Positions 48,358 through 62,100 of a DNA stretch of 64,000 bases are shown here, in pieces. The position numbers were made by a program, and so were the translations under genes. The stretch lies in assembly GCF_964355755.1 (NCBI RefSeq), contig NC_092673.1:2852001-2916000 (forward strand). The letters run 5' to 3'. The notes below the pieces were generated by a model, which was given only the letters and a program-made list of their open reading frames with translations, did no database searches and was not told the origin of the DNA. The DNA comes from Antedon mediterranea (taxonomy: Eukaryota; Animalia; Echinodermata). Position 1 is the stretch's first letter, and every line of letters begins with the position of its first letter.

Positions 48358-51300
48358 ATGTCTTCAATCGCTAGAGGAGTACGTTGGGCTTGCAGCCATC
48401 AAAATTTACAAAAGGTATGGCTAGTCTGTTATACATGGCTTTGGCACCAAAATAAGAATAAAAACCTTGGACCCTAACAAAAATTTCTATTTGTTTCATG
48501 AGAAATTGTCCCTGCCTTAGGGTTCCACTAGATTTGGGTACATCAAAGGAGAGATTTTACTGTATCCATTAATAATACTGGCATTGATTTTTTTAAAACT
48601 CTCTTTTGCTTAAAGATTTCTACATTCAAAGGATCTTCATCAGTCTTCACAAATAGATGTTTTCTTAAAAAGCATTCTTCACCAGCAGTGACATCCCCGA
48701 GGTGTCAAATGAGCAGTGAAGCTGTTTTTGCACCTGTGACGCAGTTTACAGAAGAGGAGATGATGATGAAGGAATCGGTAGTCAAGTTTGCAAGAGAGCT
48801 GATTGGTCCGCTGGTTTCTGAAATGGACACAAATTCTCGACTTGATCCAATCGTTCTTAAGGGTCTTTTTGAAATGGGAGTGAGTAGAAAATAAAATATT
48901 TTGTTGCAATATAGTATATACCTGTAATACAGTATATAACGTTGAATTAAATGATGAATACTGTATTTTTGTACCATTTAAATATTTCACTTCTTTAAGC
49001 ACTGTCTACACTATCAAACTTTATGTGACAACTACCATATTTGGGAATATCACTACCATATTTGGGCACACCACACTTTTTAGTCAAACTTGTTTGATAA
49101 TGTAGACAGAGCTTTATACAAAATTCAGTTCTGTATATAATTCATCATTGCTAATTTTCTAATTTGAATGGCCATCTTTTCTTCTTTGTTGTTTAGTTTA
49201 TGGGTATTGAAATTCCAATGGAGTATGGCGGGCCAGGTGCCAGTTTTTTCTCCGCTAACATTGTTATAGAAGAATTAGCTAAAATTGATACAGCTGTGAG
49301 CACATTGTGCGATGTGCACAATACAGTGGTGACTACAATGTTCAACCACTTTGCTTCTCACGAACAAAAATTGAAATATTTACCAAGATTAGCAACAGAT
49401 ATGGTAAGTTGTAATTGGTTTAGTTGCTATGATGTTCACTGAACCTGTGCTAGTCACTATGATGTTCACTGATCATTAACCTGTGTTAGCCACTGTGATA
49501 TTCACTGAACTTTGACTTGTGTTAGCCACTGTCATGTTCACTGAACTTTGACCTGTGCTAGCCACTGTCATGTTCACTGAACTTTGACCTATGATAGCCA
49601 CTGTCATGTTCACTGAACTTTGACCTGTGCTAGCCACTGTCATGTTCACTGAACTTTGACCTGTGATAGCCACTGTCATGTTCACTGAACTTTGACCTGT
49701 GTTAGCCACTGTCATGTTCACTGAACTTTGACTTGTGTTAGCCACTGTGATGTTCACTGAACTTTGACCTGTACTAGCCACTGTCATGTTCATTGAACTT
49801 TGACCTGTGTTAGCCAATGTGATGTTCACTAAACTTTGACCTGTGATAGCCACTGTGAAGTGGTGGTGTGATACCATGTACTGAAACTGTAAACCAAGTA
49901 GAATGTTTATCACAAACTTTAGTATTAAAATGTTTGTCACAAAGATAAATAACGGAATATTTGTCACAAACTTGAATATCAGACTGTCACAAAATTAACT
50001 ATACAAGTATTTGTCACAATAAATGTTCTGTTTTACTGAAGGTTGGCAGTTTCTGTTTATCTGAACCAGAATCTGGTAGTGATGCATTTGCTCTGAAAAC
50101 CACAGCCAAACTGGAAGGCAGCGACCATTACATCATCAATGGCAGTAAAATGTGGATCACAAATGCAGAACATGCTGGAGTCTTCCTTGTTATGGCAAAC
50201 ATCAATATTGAAGACGTGAGTGTCTTGTGCTCTCTAGGCTAAAGCTCTGTCTACACTATCAAACTAGTGTGATGTGCCCAAATATGGTAGTGATATGCCC
50301 AAATATGGTAGTGATATGACATCATCATGTCCATATATGGGCACATCACATTTTTTTGTCACATAAAGTTTGATAGTGTAGACAGAGCTTAACTAAAATG
50401 CCCCAATGAATTAAAGCATCTTTCAATTACAATTACATATTGCAACTAAGAAATATTTTTTTTTTTACTGCTCTTTTTAGGGTTACAAAGGTATAACAAC
50501 GTTTATTGTAGATCGTGACACTGAAGGGCTAACATTGGGTAAACCAGAAAATAAATTGGGTATTCGAGCCTCGTCAACATGTCCAGTACATTTTGAGAAT
50601 GTTAAGGTAGGACTCCATTATTAAATACAAGTTTGAATACATGATTATTTAATTTATTCCCGGAACCATTAAACCACTGGGGCTTTCATGGTATTGTTCA
50701 AACTCGATTGGATAACGACTCTTTAACAGTCTTGGCGTGGTACGGCGGAACAGCACTATTCCCTTAATTATACGCACGCACACCAGATATCAAATTGATA
50801 CGCCCTCATCTTTTAATTTATTTTGTATATAATAATTGTTTGTATATACACATATAAATATATTGTTTATTATAAATTTATTTTAGTTAAGATCATGGGA
50901 CTGCTGACTCTGGTAGTCATAGTAATCTTATTTATGTTAGCAGTCCCTGACCAATTCATCTCTGGCTAGTTTATATATGATTTGTTGGTCAAATCATGGA
51001 GGTATATACTTCCCTGGTCAAATAAATAAATGAAATTATTTATATGTATTTTTAAATTGTATTTTGAGTCGTTGTGGGTTAGTACTGTACATGGTACTGT
51101 GTTTTGGTATTTAAAGATTATGTAATAATAATTTTTCTTAGGTTCCAGTTGAAAATATACTCGGAAAGCCAGGTCATGGGTATAAGTATTCAATTGCTGT
51201 ACTCAATGAAGGTAGAATTGCTATTGGAGCTCAAGTTAGTATCCTAACATTGTATAGTTCTTAATATGTATACATATAATTATATACTATATCATATACC

Positions 51301-53622
51301 TTTATTCATTGAATCTTTCATAAATGTTATAGCAATATTTGTATATTTAGATATCATTTCATATGTTAGATTCCGTTTCATACCCTTTTTAGTTATTTTC
51401 TGATTTTTACACATCTCTATTTTTAACTTTTATATATAGTGTTATGATCAGAATAATACAGAGATAACATAGAAACAGAAATTAAATTTAAATATATATC
51501 ACAAAGGCACCTCACAAATCACAGCTTTTCATTAATAATATACAGCTCTGTTTAAACTATCAAACATTATGTGACAAAAAAGTGGGATGGGCCCAAATAT
51601 GGTAGTGATATGCTTAAATACGGTAGTGATATGACATCATCATGTCCATATATGGGTACCACTACCATATTTAAGCATACCACTACCATATTTTAGCACA
51701 TTACACTTTTTTTGTCAAACTAGTTTGATAGTGTAGACAAAGCTTAAGAAAGGTTTAATTTATTTGACAGATGATTGGACTAGCACAAGGTGTTATGGAT
51801 GTTACCCTTCCATATGTCATGGAAAGAAAGCAGTTTGGCAAATCCATATGGACCTTTCAGGTATTTATACCACACTTTTATCTAATATATTGTTGATAGT
51901 GAACTTGCCCCTTCTATGTTTTCCAGTGTAAGGAGCTTTATTTTATATTATTAATTTATTTTATTTATACTGGGTGACCTTTTCAGTCTAAAGGCCAATT
52001 TACACAGACGAGCGTTAACAGTAATAAAAATATATAATATATGTTATTCCTTATGACCATTTACAAAAAACATGGAGCGGACAGGCAGTTTCCGCTCAGG
52101 ATAGATACAGATTATACGCGGGACAAGCTACGCAGTTTTCCGCTTACCATTACCGCTCATCTGTGTAAATTGCCAAAGAGGGCGCAGTTATGATCAGTGG
52201 CTGTGAGATTTCTTATTCATACTGGAAGAATTCAACAAAATAATCTATGATGTTTTATAATTAAATGATTTAGTTTGTTTAGTTTAGTTATTATGAATGA
52301 CACAGGATTTATTTCATGATGTGTTACTTTTCTGTAGGGAATGCAACATCAAATAGCCGATGTAGCCACAAAAATTGAAGCAGCCAGACTTCTGGTCTAT
52401 AATGCAGCTCGAATGAAAGAGGCTGGTGTGCCCTTTATAAAAGAGGCATCAATGGCCAAGTACTTTGCTTCTGAGGTATGGTACGCCATTTGTTATTTTA
52501 AGCATGGAAAAGTCATTCTTAAGTAATTTACATTCATAACCGCCAATTGAATGAGTTCATTCACTCAGATATGTTGTCCCCCTCAAAAATTAATTTTTTT
52601 TACATTTTTTGTTGAGTATGCCATTTTAAAGTCACATTAGAGTTATTCACTTTGACCAAAAACTGGATCGAAAACAAAAATTATTTACTTGGAAAAATGT
52701 AATTTCAAGCTAAAAATACAAAAATTATCTCTCAGATACCTCCATGATCGGACAGTGGTTTTTGATTAAAATTAACTTTCTTTTGTCTTTTTATAAGTGA
52801 AATAATGACTTTTTGTTTATTTACAGAATTTAACTTTATTAAAACTGCAAAATGGCATATTTAAAGTCTGATTTTAATCTTCATTATTCATAATTTCTAA
52901 TCTAAATTCATAGCCACCAATTGATTGATTGACCAGTTCATTTACTAAACTTAAAACTAAACCTTAATTCAAATTGCTTGGTATTAATATTAGTTAATTT
53001 AACACACTCTTTTCACTATCATCAGAGTTAAACACAGTGCCTTATTCTTTTTTACTTGTCATACTGTAGGTAGCAACTTTGGCAACATCTAAATGTATTG
53101 AATGGCTTGGGGGTGTAGGATTTACAAAGGACTTCCCTGCTGAAAAGTTTTTCAGAGATTGTAAAATTGGTAAGACTTATTATTTATATTACAATAATAG
53201 CCTTTAGTATGACAGTAGTTAGATTCTCAGTGTGAGCAATATAGTGATTTCATAAAGTGAATCCTTGGTATTAATGATGAATCTCTGTCTACACTATCAA
53301 ACTAGTTTGGCAAAAAAAGTGTATAGTGGCCAAATATGGTAGTGATATGCTTAAATATGGTAGTGATATGACTAAATATGGTAGTGATATGACATCATCA
53401 TGTCCATATATGGGCACATCACATTTTTTTGTCACAAAGTTTGATAGTGTAGACAGATCTTTAGCATTGATTTTGTTCATGAATGTCAAATCACATTAGT
53501 TCAAAGATTTTTGTAGTATTATGATCAATATTGTTTTATCAACAGGGTCTATATATGAAGGTACCTCTAATATCCAACTTAACACGATTGCAAAGCAGAT
53601 AGAACGAGAGGTCAAAGGTTGA
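48358..53622 (+). CDS. ACADSB: Short/branched-chain acyl-CoA dehydrogenase, mitochondrial; exons about 48358-48414, 48616-48879, 49197-49403, 50042-50215, 50481-50606, 51142-51234, 51771-51860, 52338-52475, 53070-53169, 53546-53622
   Basis: [77 protein letters not shown] and [15 protein letters not shown]. Confidence 0.95.
49425..49857. repeat. 36-bp minisatellite, about 10 full plus partial copies
   Basis: (GCCACTGTCATGTTCACTGAACTTTGACCTGTGCTA)n in ACADSB intron 3. Confidence 0.95.
50243..50389. mobile_element. MITE family A, consensus-like copy
   Basis: Perfect TIRs AGCTCTGTCTACACTATCAAACT / AGTTTGATAGTGTAGACAGAGCT with TAA duplication. Confidence 0.9.
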
Positions 53623-54485
53623 ACCGTATACTGCACATTGGTGACGTAGAGTAAGATTGTATCGAAATTAAACACAAAATATAGCAACAGATTTTTGAAT
53701 AACTTATATTTTTTCTTTTATTTATTTTATTTAAGTTTTCAGTATTTCTTGCATATAAATATAAACACATAATAAATATTAACGTTTATTGATTTTACGC
53801 ATTGACATTTGCAAAAAGCAGCTGGAGGTAGTCTTTTAAAAGGTGTATGCATACAAAACAAAGTAATATTTAACTGTGTTTTAAATGAAATAATGCCCAT
53901 GTTTATTCAAAAGTCATCAAATTTGAATAGAATACAAATTAAACATATATATATAGTATTATGATATTTAAATAAAAGTTGTAAATGATGTATTTTTATA
54001 TTGAAAATACTGTAATATGTAACCCTGTATTTAAAAATATTTTAAGTAATCATAAAGTCAACTCTCCCAATACCGTCTGTGGCCATATTCACCAATCACA
54101 CTTAATTGAGATATTTCCATTTAAATATTAAGTATTTCACTTAACTCAATAAATTAAGTATTTCCCTTAAATTGTATTAATTTAGATAGGAGAAGAATTT
54201 TAAGGGTGTTTACCTTTGCTGAAGTGTGGATGGTGAATATGGCTACTGGTTTTGTGGAAAGTCTGGTATTTGGAATGTGTTTCTAATGGTAAAAATGGAT
54301 TTTATAAAACATAGAAAAAGTCTGGTTTTGGGAGAGTTTCCGGGTTTTCAGAGAGTCTGGTATGGGGAGATTTGAGTGACTGTACAGTAGGTCTGTTTAG
54401 TGAACCATAACCAGTCGATTATTGATTTCAGACATTATTGTGAGGGCGCTTTTGTTAATAGTGTTTAATATTTTACATGTTTTCT

Positions 54486-57034
54486 CTATCCTTTATTATT
54501 AGTGTTTTGTGGTGCTCCCAAAACCACCATTTGAGTAGATCCAAAGTCAATATTTTCATCAATATCCTTTAATAGTGGGGAACGGTCGGGCTTTGTATCA
54601 TTCTGAACATCTGCAGTGGTGCTGTGGCGATAACCGTATGAAAAATATATAACCAAACCTGTAAAAATATACATAACATTTTAATATTTATTATATATCA
54701 CTTGGCTTGATTTAGTATGTACTGCTAGGAATGAATTTTCCCTGATGATCTTATGAAACAGAAGAGATTGGAGAGATATGTCATAAGTCTACAGCATGCA
54801 GTGAATATTTTGGATGAATACATCTAAAACGGTTGGTACGTTGTCTAACTTTCAAAATAAATATTTAAGAAATAATTTAAAGGCAGCATACCTATTAAAA
54901 TCCAGATGAAAAACCTGTAGAATGATTTAGATGGGATATTCACCAACAAACTCATGTTGCATAGGATTGAAAGTGTAGGTACAAACGGGACACATGGTAC
55001 CTGCAAGAAAGGTGAAATAAAATGTACAAAGAAAAAGCATTTTCTTTTATGTCTACTCTATTTAATGTTTTTTACTACTATACTAATTCCATCTCCCAGT
55101 GGCTCATTGTTATGTTGTTGGAAGTTTTAGGCTTGCTAAGACACCAATATGGTGATTCAAGTGTTGCATCTGTTTTTAAATATAAGTTGTTATTATTATT
55201 ATTAATGATCAAAGCAGCTGAATTTAGCTAGCTGCAGTACAGTAGGTTGAATTTCAGATGTTGGTTGTTTTAAAATTGGGAATATACAGTATAGACAGTC
55301 GGTTATTTTTACAGCATGGTAAACCAGTCATCCAAATATTTCTCATTTGACAGAGCGTTAAACTTTTGACTGAATATTCTTGTTTAAAATATTGGTATAT
55401 ATTTTTGAATTTACAATGGCCAACAAAATAAAAATTTGTGAAGCGCAAAGATGCGCATCATCATCATATTCATACTAAAGGCCTACAAACCTTATATGGT
55501 GGTTCGTCATCGTTCTGATGGTGCATACATATTATGGCAACACTTACAACGGCTCCTAGCGCAAATACAGCTATCAATAACATACTAAAAACATCATTTA
55601 TTTCTGTATGAAATACAACAATTGAGAAACACAAACAACATAGGATGTACATAATCAAACTTATCACCACAACTCGTCCAGGTTTTTTGCTTCGGAGACA
55701 ACTAAAACATTCAAATTGAGTTTTTAATGTACCGCCTATGACTGGTTCTTCATTGCTTTTCTTTGATTTCAATTCTTTCGAATCAGGAAGTTGAAAAAAG
55801 ATGAAATTTTCTTCGATCGGTCTGTATCGCAGGATAACGACAAGCGCCGATACAGCGATATAACATGATATGCTACCAATATTTAATAAATCAATAAGTG
55901 ATTCTAAAGGTATAAACACGGCCAAAATAAACGATATTATTCCTATGATTACGACGGATATTACGGGTACTTTGTTACTGGAAAGATACGCTAAGAATGA
56001 AAAGATAAGCTTATCCAGAGCAATTGAATAAGCGAGTCTGGTTGCACCATAGTATGAGGTAAGACCACACCCCAGTATCCCCAAAAGTACTCCGACAGTT
56101 GACAAGTATGATGGAAAAGTGTCTCCATGTTGTAAAAATGCATCAGGAATCGGTGAAAATTCATTAATATTTTTCCAAGGAACAATTAAAGTAAGACACA
56201 TTGCCATTATAGCAGAAAATACTGCATATATAACAATACATAATACTAACGCAATTGGCAAGCTCCTAATTGGGTCTTTGCATTCTTCACTTGCTGTGCA
56301 TATTACCTCGAAAGACCCAAAAAGAAAGTACAATTTCGCGGCTCCTGTTATCACACCCGATATACCATTCGGCATAAATCCCCCGTAGTTTTTCCAATTT
56401 GATAAATCAGCATATTTAAAACTGTAAGCAAAAAACACTAATAACACGATCACCAAACACGTTATCATAATATGACTTAGCAGATGTTTGAATGCCACAT
56501 ACAAGTATAAACATAAAGAGGAGGATGAATATGCCAGCTATGATATTCGGTATATGGTTAAGGTGTGGTATATCCCATTCCTCTCCATTCATAAGAAAAT
56601 TAACAGTTAGATTGCTAATAGTGTTGTTAAATGCTGTTACCAGTGAAAGCAGCTGCTTGACTAGTTGCAACTGCTAAGTATTCCAACAGCATGTTCCATC
56701 CAATTATGAAAGCCCAAATTTCCCCGACAACTACGTAAACGTACAGATAACCACTTCCAGATCTGGGAATACGATTACATAATTCCATATAGCTGAAAGC
56801 AGACAGGAGAGCGCAGAATACCGCTAAAAATATTGATAATATTACTGCTGGTCCAGCTAGAGTCTTCGCAACGATACCAATCAGTATGAATATACCTATA
56901 CCAAATATGTGAGATATTCCTAAAAGAGTCAAATCAAATGTTGTCAAGCATCTTTTCAAATCCGTGTCTAATGTGTTCACTGGGATACGTCTTCGACGAT
57001 TCAAGTTTTGTGCAAATTCTGTTAAAACCTCCAT
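54486..57034 (-). pseudogene. SLC7 cationic amino-acid transporter (CAT-like) with two frameshifts; exons 55491-57034, 54892-55000, 54486-54658
   Basis: LKRCLTTFDLTLLG, AGPAVILS, PRSGSGYLYVY, GGFMPNGISG, EECKDPIRSLP, VPCVPFVP and IYFSYGYRHS. Homology switches frame near 56637 and 56476. Confidence 0.7.
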
Positions 57035-59186
57035 TTTTAGCTCAACTTTGCTTAGGTTACCTTAACTTGTACTGTAGTTGACTGGCTTTAAGTCTAGATT
57101 TTAGTGAGTTATTGAGCCATGACTTTGAATTGTTTCAAAAGAATGATCTTTTAAGAAACTTTTTATTCATACAGCATGATCCCAGTTTAAAGGTATTCAA
57201 TCAATTCTTTTCTACCTGCATGCCTACCTATTCAAGCGTGAAGGAAAAGTACTTGAGTGTCTCTACGATATCTAACAGCCCTATTGACCTATATATTACA
57301 GTATTATACACAAGTTGGATATTATATTTAACATTTTTAATTCTTCTATTGTTATAGATACAGTATTTTCTGTATGTGGAGTTTTAAAGTTCTTTTGTGT
57401 AGTTAATTTTAATATACTGTACACAGCAATATTAATATTAATATATATATACTAATATGTTTTACTAAAATTGGCATTGAATGTCTATAAGTAGATTCCT
57501 AATTCATACACATTTTACAAAAATATTTATGTGTTAGGTATGATATAGTATATTGTATTGAACAAATGCATGTGGTAGTCAGTATATATTTAGAAACACT
57601 GTTTTTAATAAGTTTCAACGTTTAGGGTCTATGTAATATACACTAGGAATTCAGCATGAATAAAACACCTCACATACACACCATAATTAACAGCAATCAC
57701 ATTTTCAGCGATAATTGTAAATAACTCTCAACAAAAATACTGACAAAATATCATTACTTTATTTTGATCATGTTAGTAACAAAGAACAAATACATATTAA
57801 AATCTTACTATATACATATTCTTATAATGTAATAACAGGGAATTCAACCGTCCGCCATCTAGCAACTATACATAGAGTTAAGCTCTGTCTACACTATCAA
57901 AATATTTTGACTAAAAAAGATGTGATAGAGCTTTACAACGCGATTAACATTTTTACAACAATGATGTCACACATCTGAACATAACATTTGTTGGATGGTG
58001 ATGGACAGAACCATGGCTCAGTCTCAACGTCAATACAGTAGGACCAAGGCAATCTAACAACAGGATGCTGAGCTCCAGAGATCAAAGGGTTTATCTGTGG
58101 CTGCGACAACCTCAGTTCGACGCCCTTTAACAGACACCTCGCGCTGTGGAGAATATGCATATTATACAGTACTGTTGGTATTTGTTGCAGCCAGACATAA
58201 GATCAAAGGACTGTTACGAGTTCCTATCCTGGCAAGGCAAGCTCAGTGTCCTGTTGTTAGATTGCCTTGTATTGGTGGGACACACCTATTAAAAAGACAC
58301 TTTCCTGTGAAACATACAATATACAATGGCTACTGCCAACCTCTATTCAAGGGACCCTTTGTTAGGTACGAAATTCTCCTTTTAATATATGTCAATTCTA
58401 CGGTAATTTTTATAAATCCATGCCAAATTGCCAATACAGTAGTTGATAATAATAATCAAATCATGTGGAAGAACTTTCTATATATAATTAGAGTGCATTA
58501 AAATCAATAATTCACTTAAACATCTGTATAATAAATAGGTACATTTCATTATATTAGATCAATTAATAACTTTTCGACCTTAAAAATAACTTAAAATCCT
58601 ATCAGAACCATTTTTCACAAAATTGATTCGTTGTTGATGAGCTATGCTCGATACGATTATTGCAACATAACTGCTTTTATAATTTACTTTTAAAAATAAT
58701 TTTTTGACCATTTTAAATATAATATGGAATTTATGCTGTTCATTTAAAGTACATTTCTATATGACATTGTAAAGTTCTATCTACACTATCAAACTAGTTT
58801 GACAAAAAAGTGTGACGTGCCCAAATATGGTAGTGATTTGACATCATCATGTCCATATATGGGCACACCACATTTTTTTGTCACATCAAGTTTGATAAAG
58901 ATAATGATGAATTAAGTGTTTTTTCTGATAGAAAAATTCTATTGTCAATTGTTAGCTATGAAAACAAGATTAATAAAGCTCTTTATTTTATTTTTACTAA
59001 AGGCAGTTTTGGCATTCCATACTTTTTAAAAGTAAAGCACCAATAGCAGAACTGTGCAAAATTTATACATACATTAATTATTTATATGGATATAAAACCT
59101 TACTAAATTTATATACTTTGAATATAACTTATATGGTACTGGTGACCCTGTGTATAAATATATGCATACAGTATTTGTTAAAAAGC

Positions 59187-62100
59187 TCAGAGTCGCCAAG
59201 TATTTCCTTCCCATACATCTTCTGACAATCGTTTATCCGCCTTCTTTTTTTCTGTAGAGAAACAAGAAAAAATTAATAAATTTGTAAAAGACTGACCATG
59301 TTTTAATATCGTGAATAGCATACCTGCCAACGTCTGAAGTTAAAAAAAGCGGGAAGTGTGTTTTTTTAGGTCAACAGCGTCCTCTATTTATTATCGAGAG
59401 GTAAGGAGTGCAGTATCGTGTGGTGGCTATGTGAGGGGAATCTCTTATTTGACAGCAAATGGTCATACAATGGCTGAAATATCGTAAATTCGCTAGTGTG
59501 TAAGTTATATTTTAATGCACAAAACAATACATCAAAAATCAGTTATCTTTGTAATCAGAAGAAGAAGAAGAAAATGTGGAAAACCAGGAGCACAATATTA
59601 GGCCGGGAGACGGGTCTAAAATACGGGAGTCTCCAGGCCAAAACAGGATGTATGGTATAGAATTTAAATTAATGAACAAAACGTTTCTACCTTTGGCATC
59701 CTTCAACTTCTTGAATTCTGCAGCCTTTTGTTCCTTGCTCTGCTTTGATTTCACACCAAGCGCTCCAGTAACTAGCCTCCTTGCTGCAGATACAGATGTC
59801 TCTGGTCTAGGCTTAGCTGGTTGAATGATTTCAATACACTTTCTAGCTTTAAGTTTAGAATCTCTTGTCGCTTGGTCTAGTGATCGAGTTCGAAGCATTG
59901 GATTTTGAAGCCCTAATGCATCCTGAGCTGTTGTTTTTAAAACAAAAGAAACCAACAACTATGAAATAGCCGTAATCATTTGCAACCAGTCTTTTGTTAC
60001 TGTATATATATATCCAGCCACTGATACCCACAGCATTGTAATTTTTTCAGTAATTTGATTTATTTTTTAGGCTGCTTTACTTTATCGTTTTGATTTAGCT
60101 TTGTTAATTTTTGTTTATATTTCCATTGAGATCCAGCCACTGATACTCACAGCATTGTATATGGGTATTATATATATTCTGATGCTGTCATTTGTAGCAA
60201 ATTATTAGGATGATTAACCATATTCTTATTAAATTGAGCCAATGCAAAACCATCCAGCTAAAATCTCAACACAACAGATAAAATACAGGTGACAATTTAA
60301 TTTATGCTAAATTAACACTCACCTGTTGAGGCAGAACTAAACACTCCCAATGCATGCGTCTCATCAACCCACTGGATATTGAAACTTTTGAAACTGAAAT
60401 TACCAATAAATTATATTTCTATCCATTATCTAAGAAATTAAGATCTATAAAAAAAAAACATGAATGGGGGCGCTAGCCTTCAGCAAAAAACACCGCCATT
60501 TCAACCTTAAAAGTGAATTTAGAATTTCAACTAAAATGATCTATTGATTAAGGTTTTCTTACCTGTAGCCTGAAAATGATTGTACTAAATCTTCCGTCTT
60601 AAACTCGGCTGGAAAGTCATAAATTTCGATTACATGGTTAAATCCTAAAAAAAAAAAGATTAACACAAAAATGATATGCTGGTAATTTTGAATCGAATTA
60701 TTACATTTATTTATACTGGGTAACCTCTTCAGTCAAAGACTGGTCTCCCAGAGGGCCCAGTGTTATGATCAGTGGCTGTGATGTACTAGTACACTGTGGC
60801 AACCCCCTACTCATCTTGAAAAATGTATTAGGTTATTTAAAGTGCACATGAGCTAGATGTGTACACTGGACCTTCGGTTTATAATTCTTATCCGAGAAGA
60901 CTTGTTCTACCACCAGAACTATGGAAGTTATTAGAAAAATGGTAGACTTACTTCCATAATCAAAGTTATCCTTGGCAGCATAGTTGTAGTAGTCTTGCTT
61001 GGTTTTCTTAACAGATACTTTGACGTTTCCAATTGCCTCTGATATCTGCGAATAAAGTTACAAATGGTAACTTTCATTTTAAGAAAGGACTTTCATACAT
61101 AGACTAGGCGGGGAATTAATACGACATTCATTTTATGCAGTAAAGTTTATTTGAAGGTTTTTAAATTTCTGTCTACACTATCAAACTACCTAAATATGGT
61201 GGTGATATGCCTAAATTATGGTAGTGATATGACATTATCACATCATATCACATAAGTTTGATAGTGTAGTGTACACTCCCTGACAATGAGTATCCATTAA
61301 AATACACTGTATCTTTGATGGTATGTAGTTTCATTGGGTCAATGTATGAAATTTGGGGACATTAAGGGATGAGATTATACTCCGATTTCATTAACAATGG
61401 ATTTACTGTATATCTATATTTAGCCTAAATTAGTGAATCGGTTTATATTGGTAATATTATCATTTTATTATCATTGTTTAATACTAAAGTTATTTTATAA
61501 ATACTAAATAAGTACCTCATCCACAACGTTTGCTCCTAATGCTTCACCAGTTTCATCAAATAGATCATCCCAATTATCCCCATCATCACCATCAGCTGTT
61601 AATTCAGCAGATGCAGATGCTTCGACTGCTTTTGCATCACCCGATATTTCTGTGTCTGCAATATCTTCTTCTAAATCATCATCTTCCTCTTTTTCTCCAC
61701 TTTCTTCCATATTTTCTGCACTTTCTTCCATTTCTTGATCTCTTAATTCATCTTCTACTATAACCTCCTCTTCTGATTCCCCTTTTTCCTCATCACCAGA
61801 AATTTCTATATTTATTGCACTGAGTTTATCTTGTTCCTTAATTAAATTAATGTCTTTGTCTACAATATTTGATCCGTTTGCAACTGTAGAAGCACTTTTT
61901 GCATGCCTTTCTTCACCACTTACATCCTCTAACAAAATTTTAGTTTTTAATTTTGACAAATCATCATCTTTACAAATGTCTTTATTAACTATATCTTCTG
62001 AAGAAATTCCAGACATAGCCTCCTCTTTGTTTTGGTCCTCGGAAATCTCTTGCAACTCTCTAGTCTGCTGTTCTGCATGAATTTCATTGTTCAAATCTTT

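Noticed and set aside
49425-49967. 36-bp repeat array as CRISPR, or ORF 49476-49967 as a gene
   Set aside because: Units are head-to-tail with no unique spacers and lie in an animal intron with no cas genes. The ORF is a by-product of a stop-free repeat.
54738-54770. CTGATGA...GAAA as a hammerhead
   Set aside because: No stem II or convincing stems I and III.
56633-56640. GTAACAG as a 7-nt micro-intron repairing the first SLC7 frameshift
   Set aside because: It restores frame on paper but is far below the spliceosomal minimum, and the second frameshift would remain.
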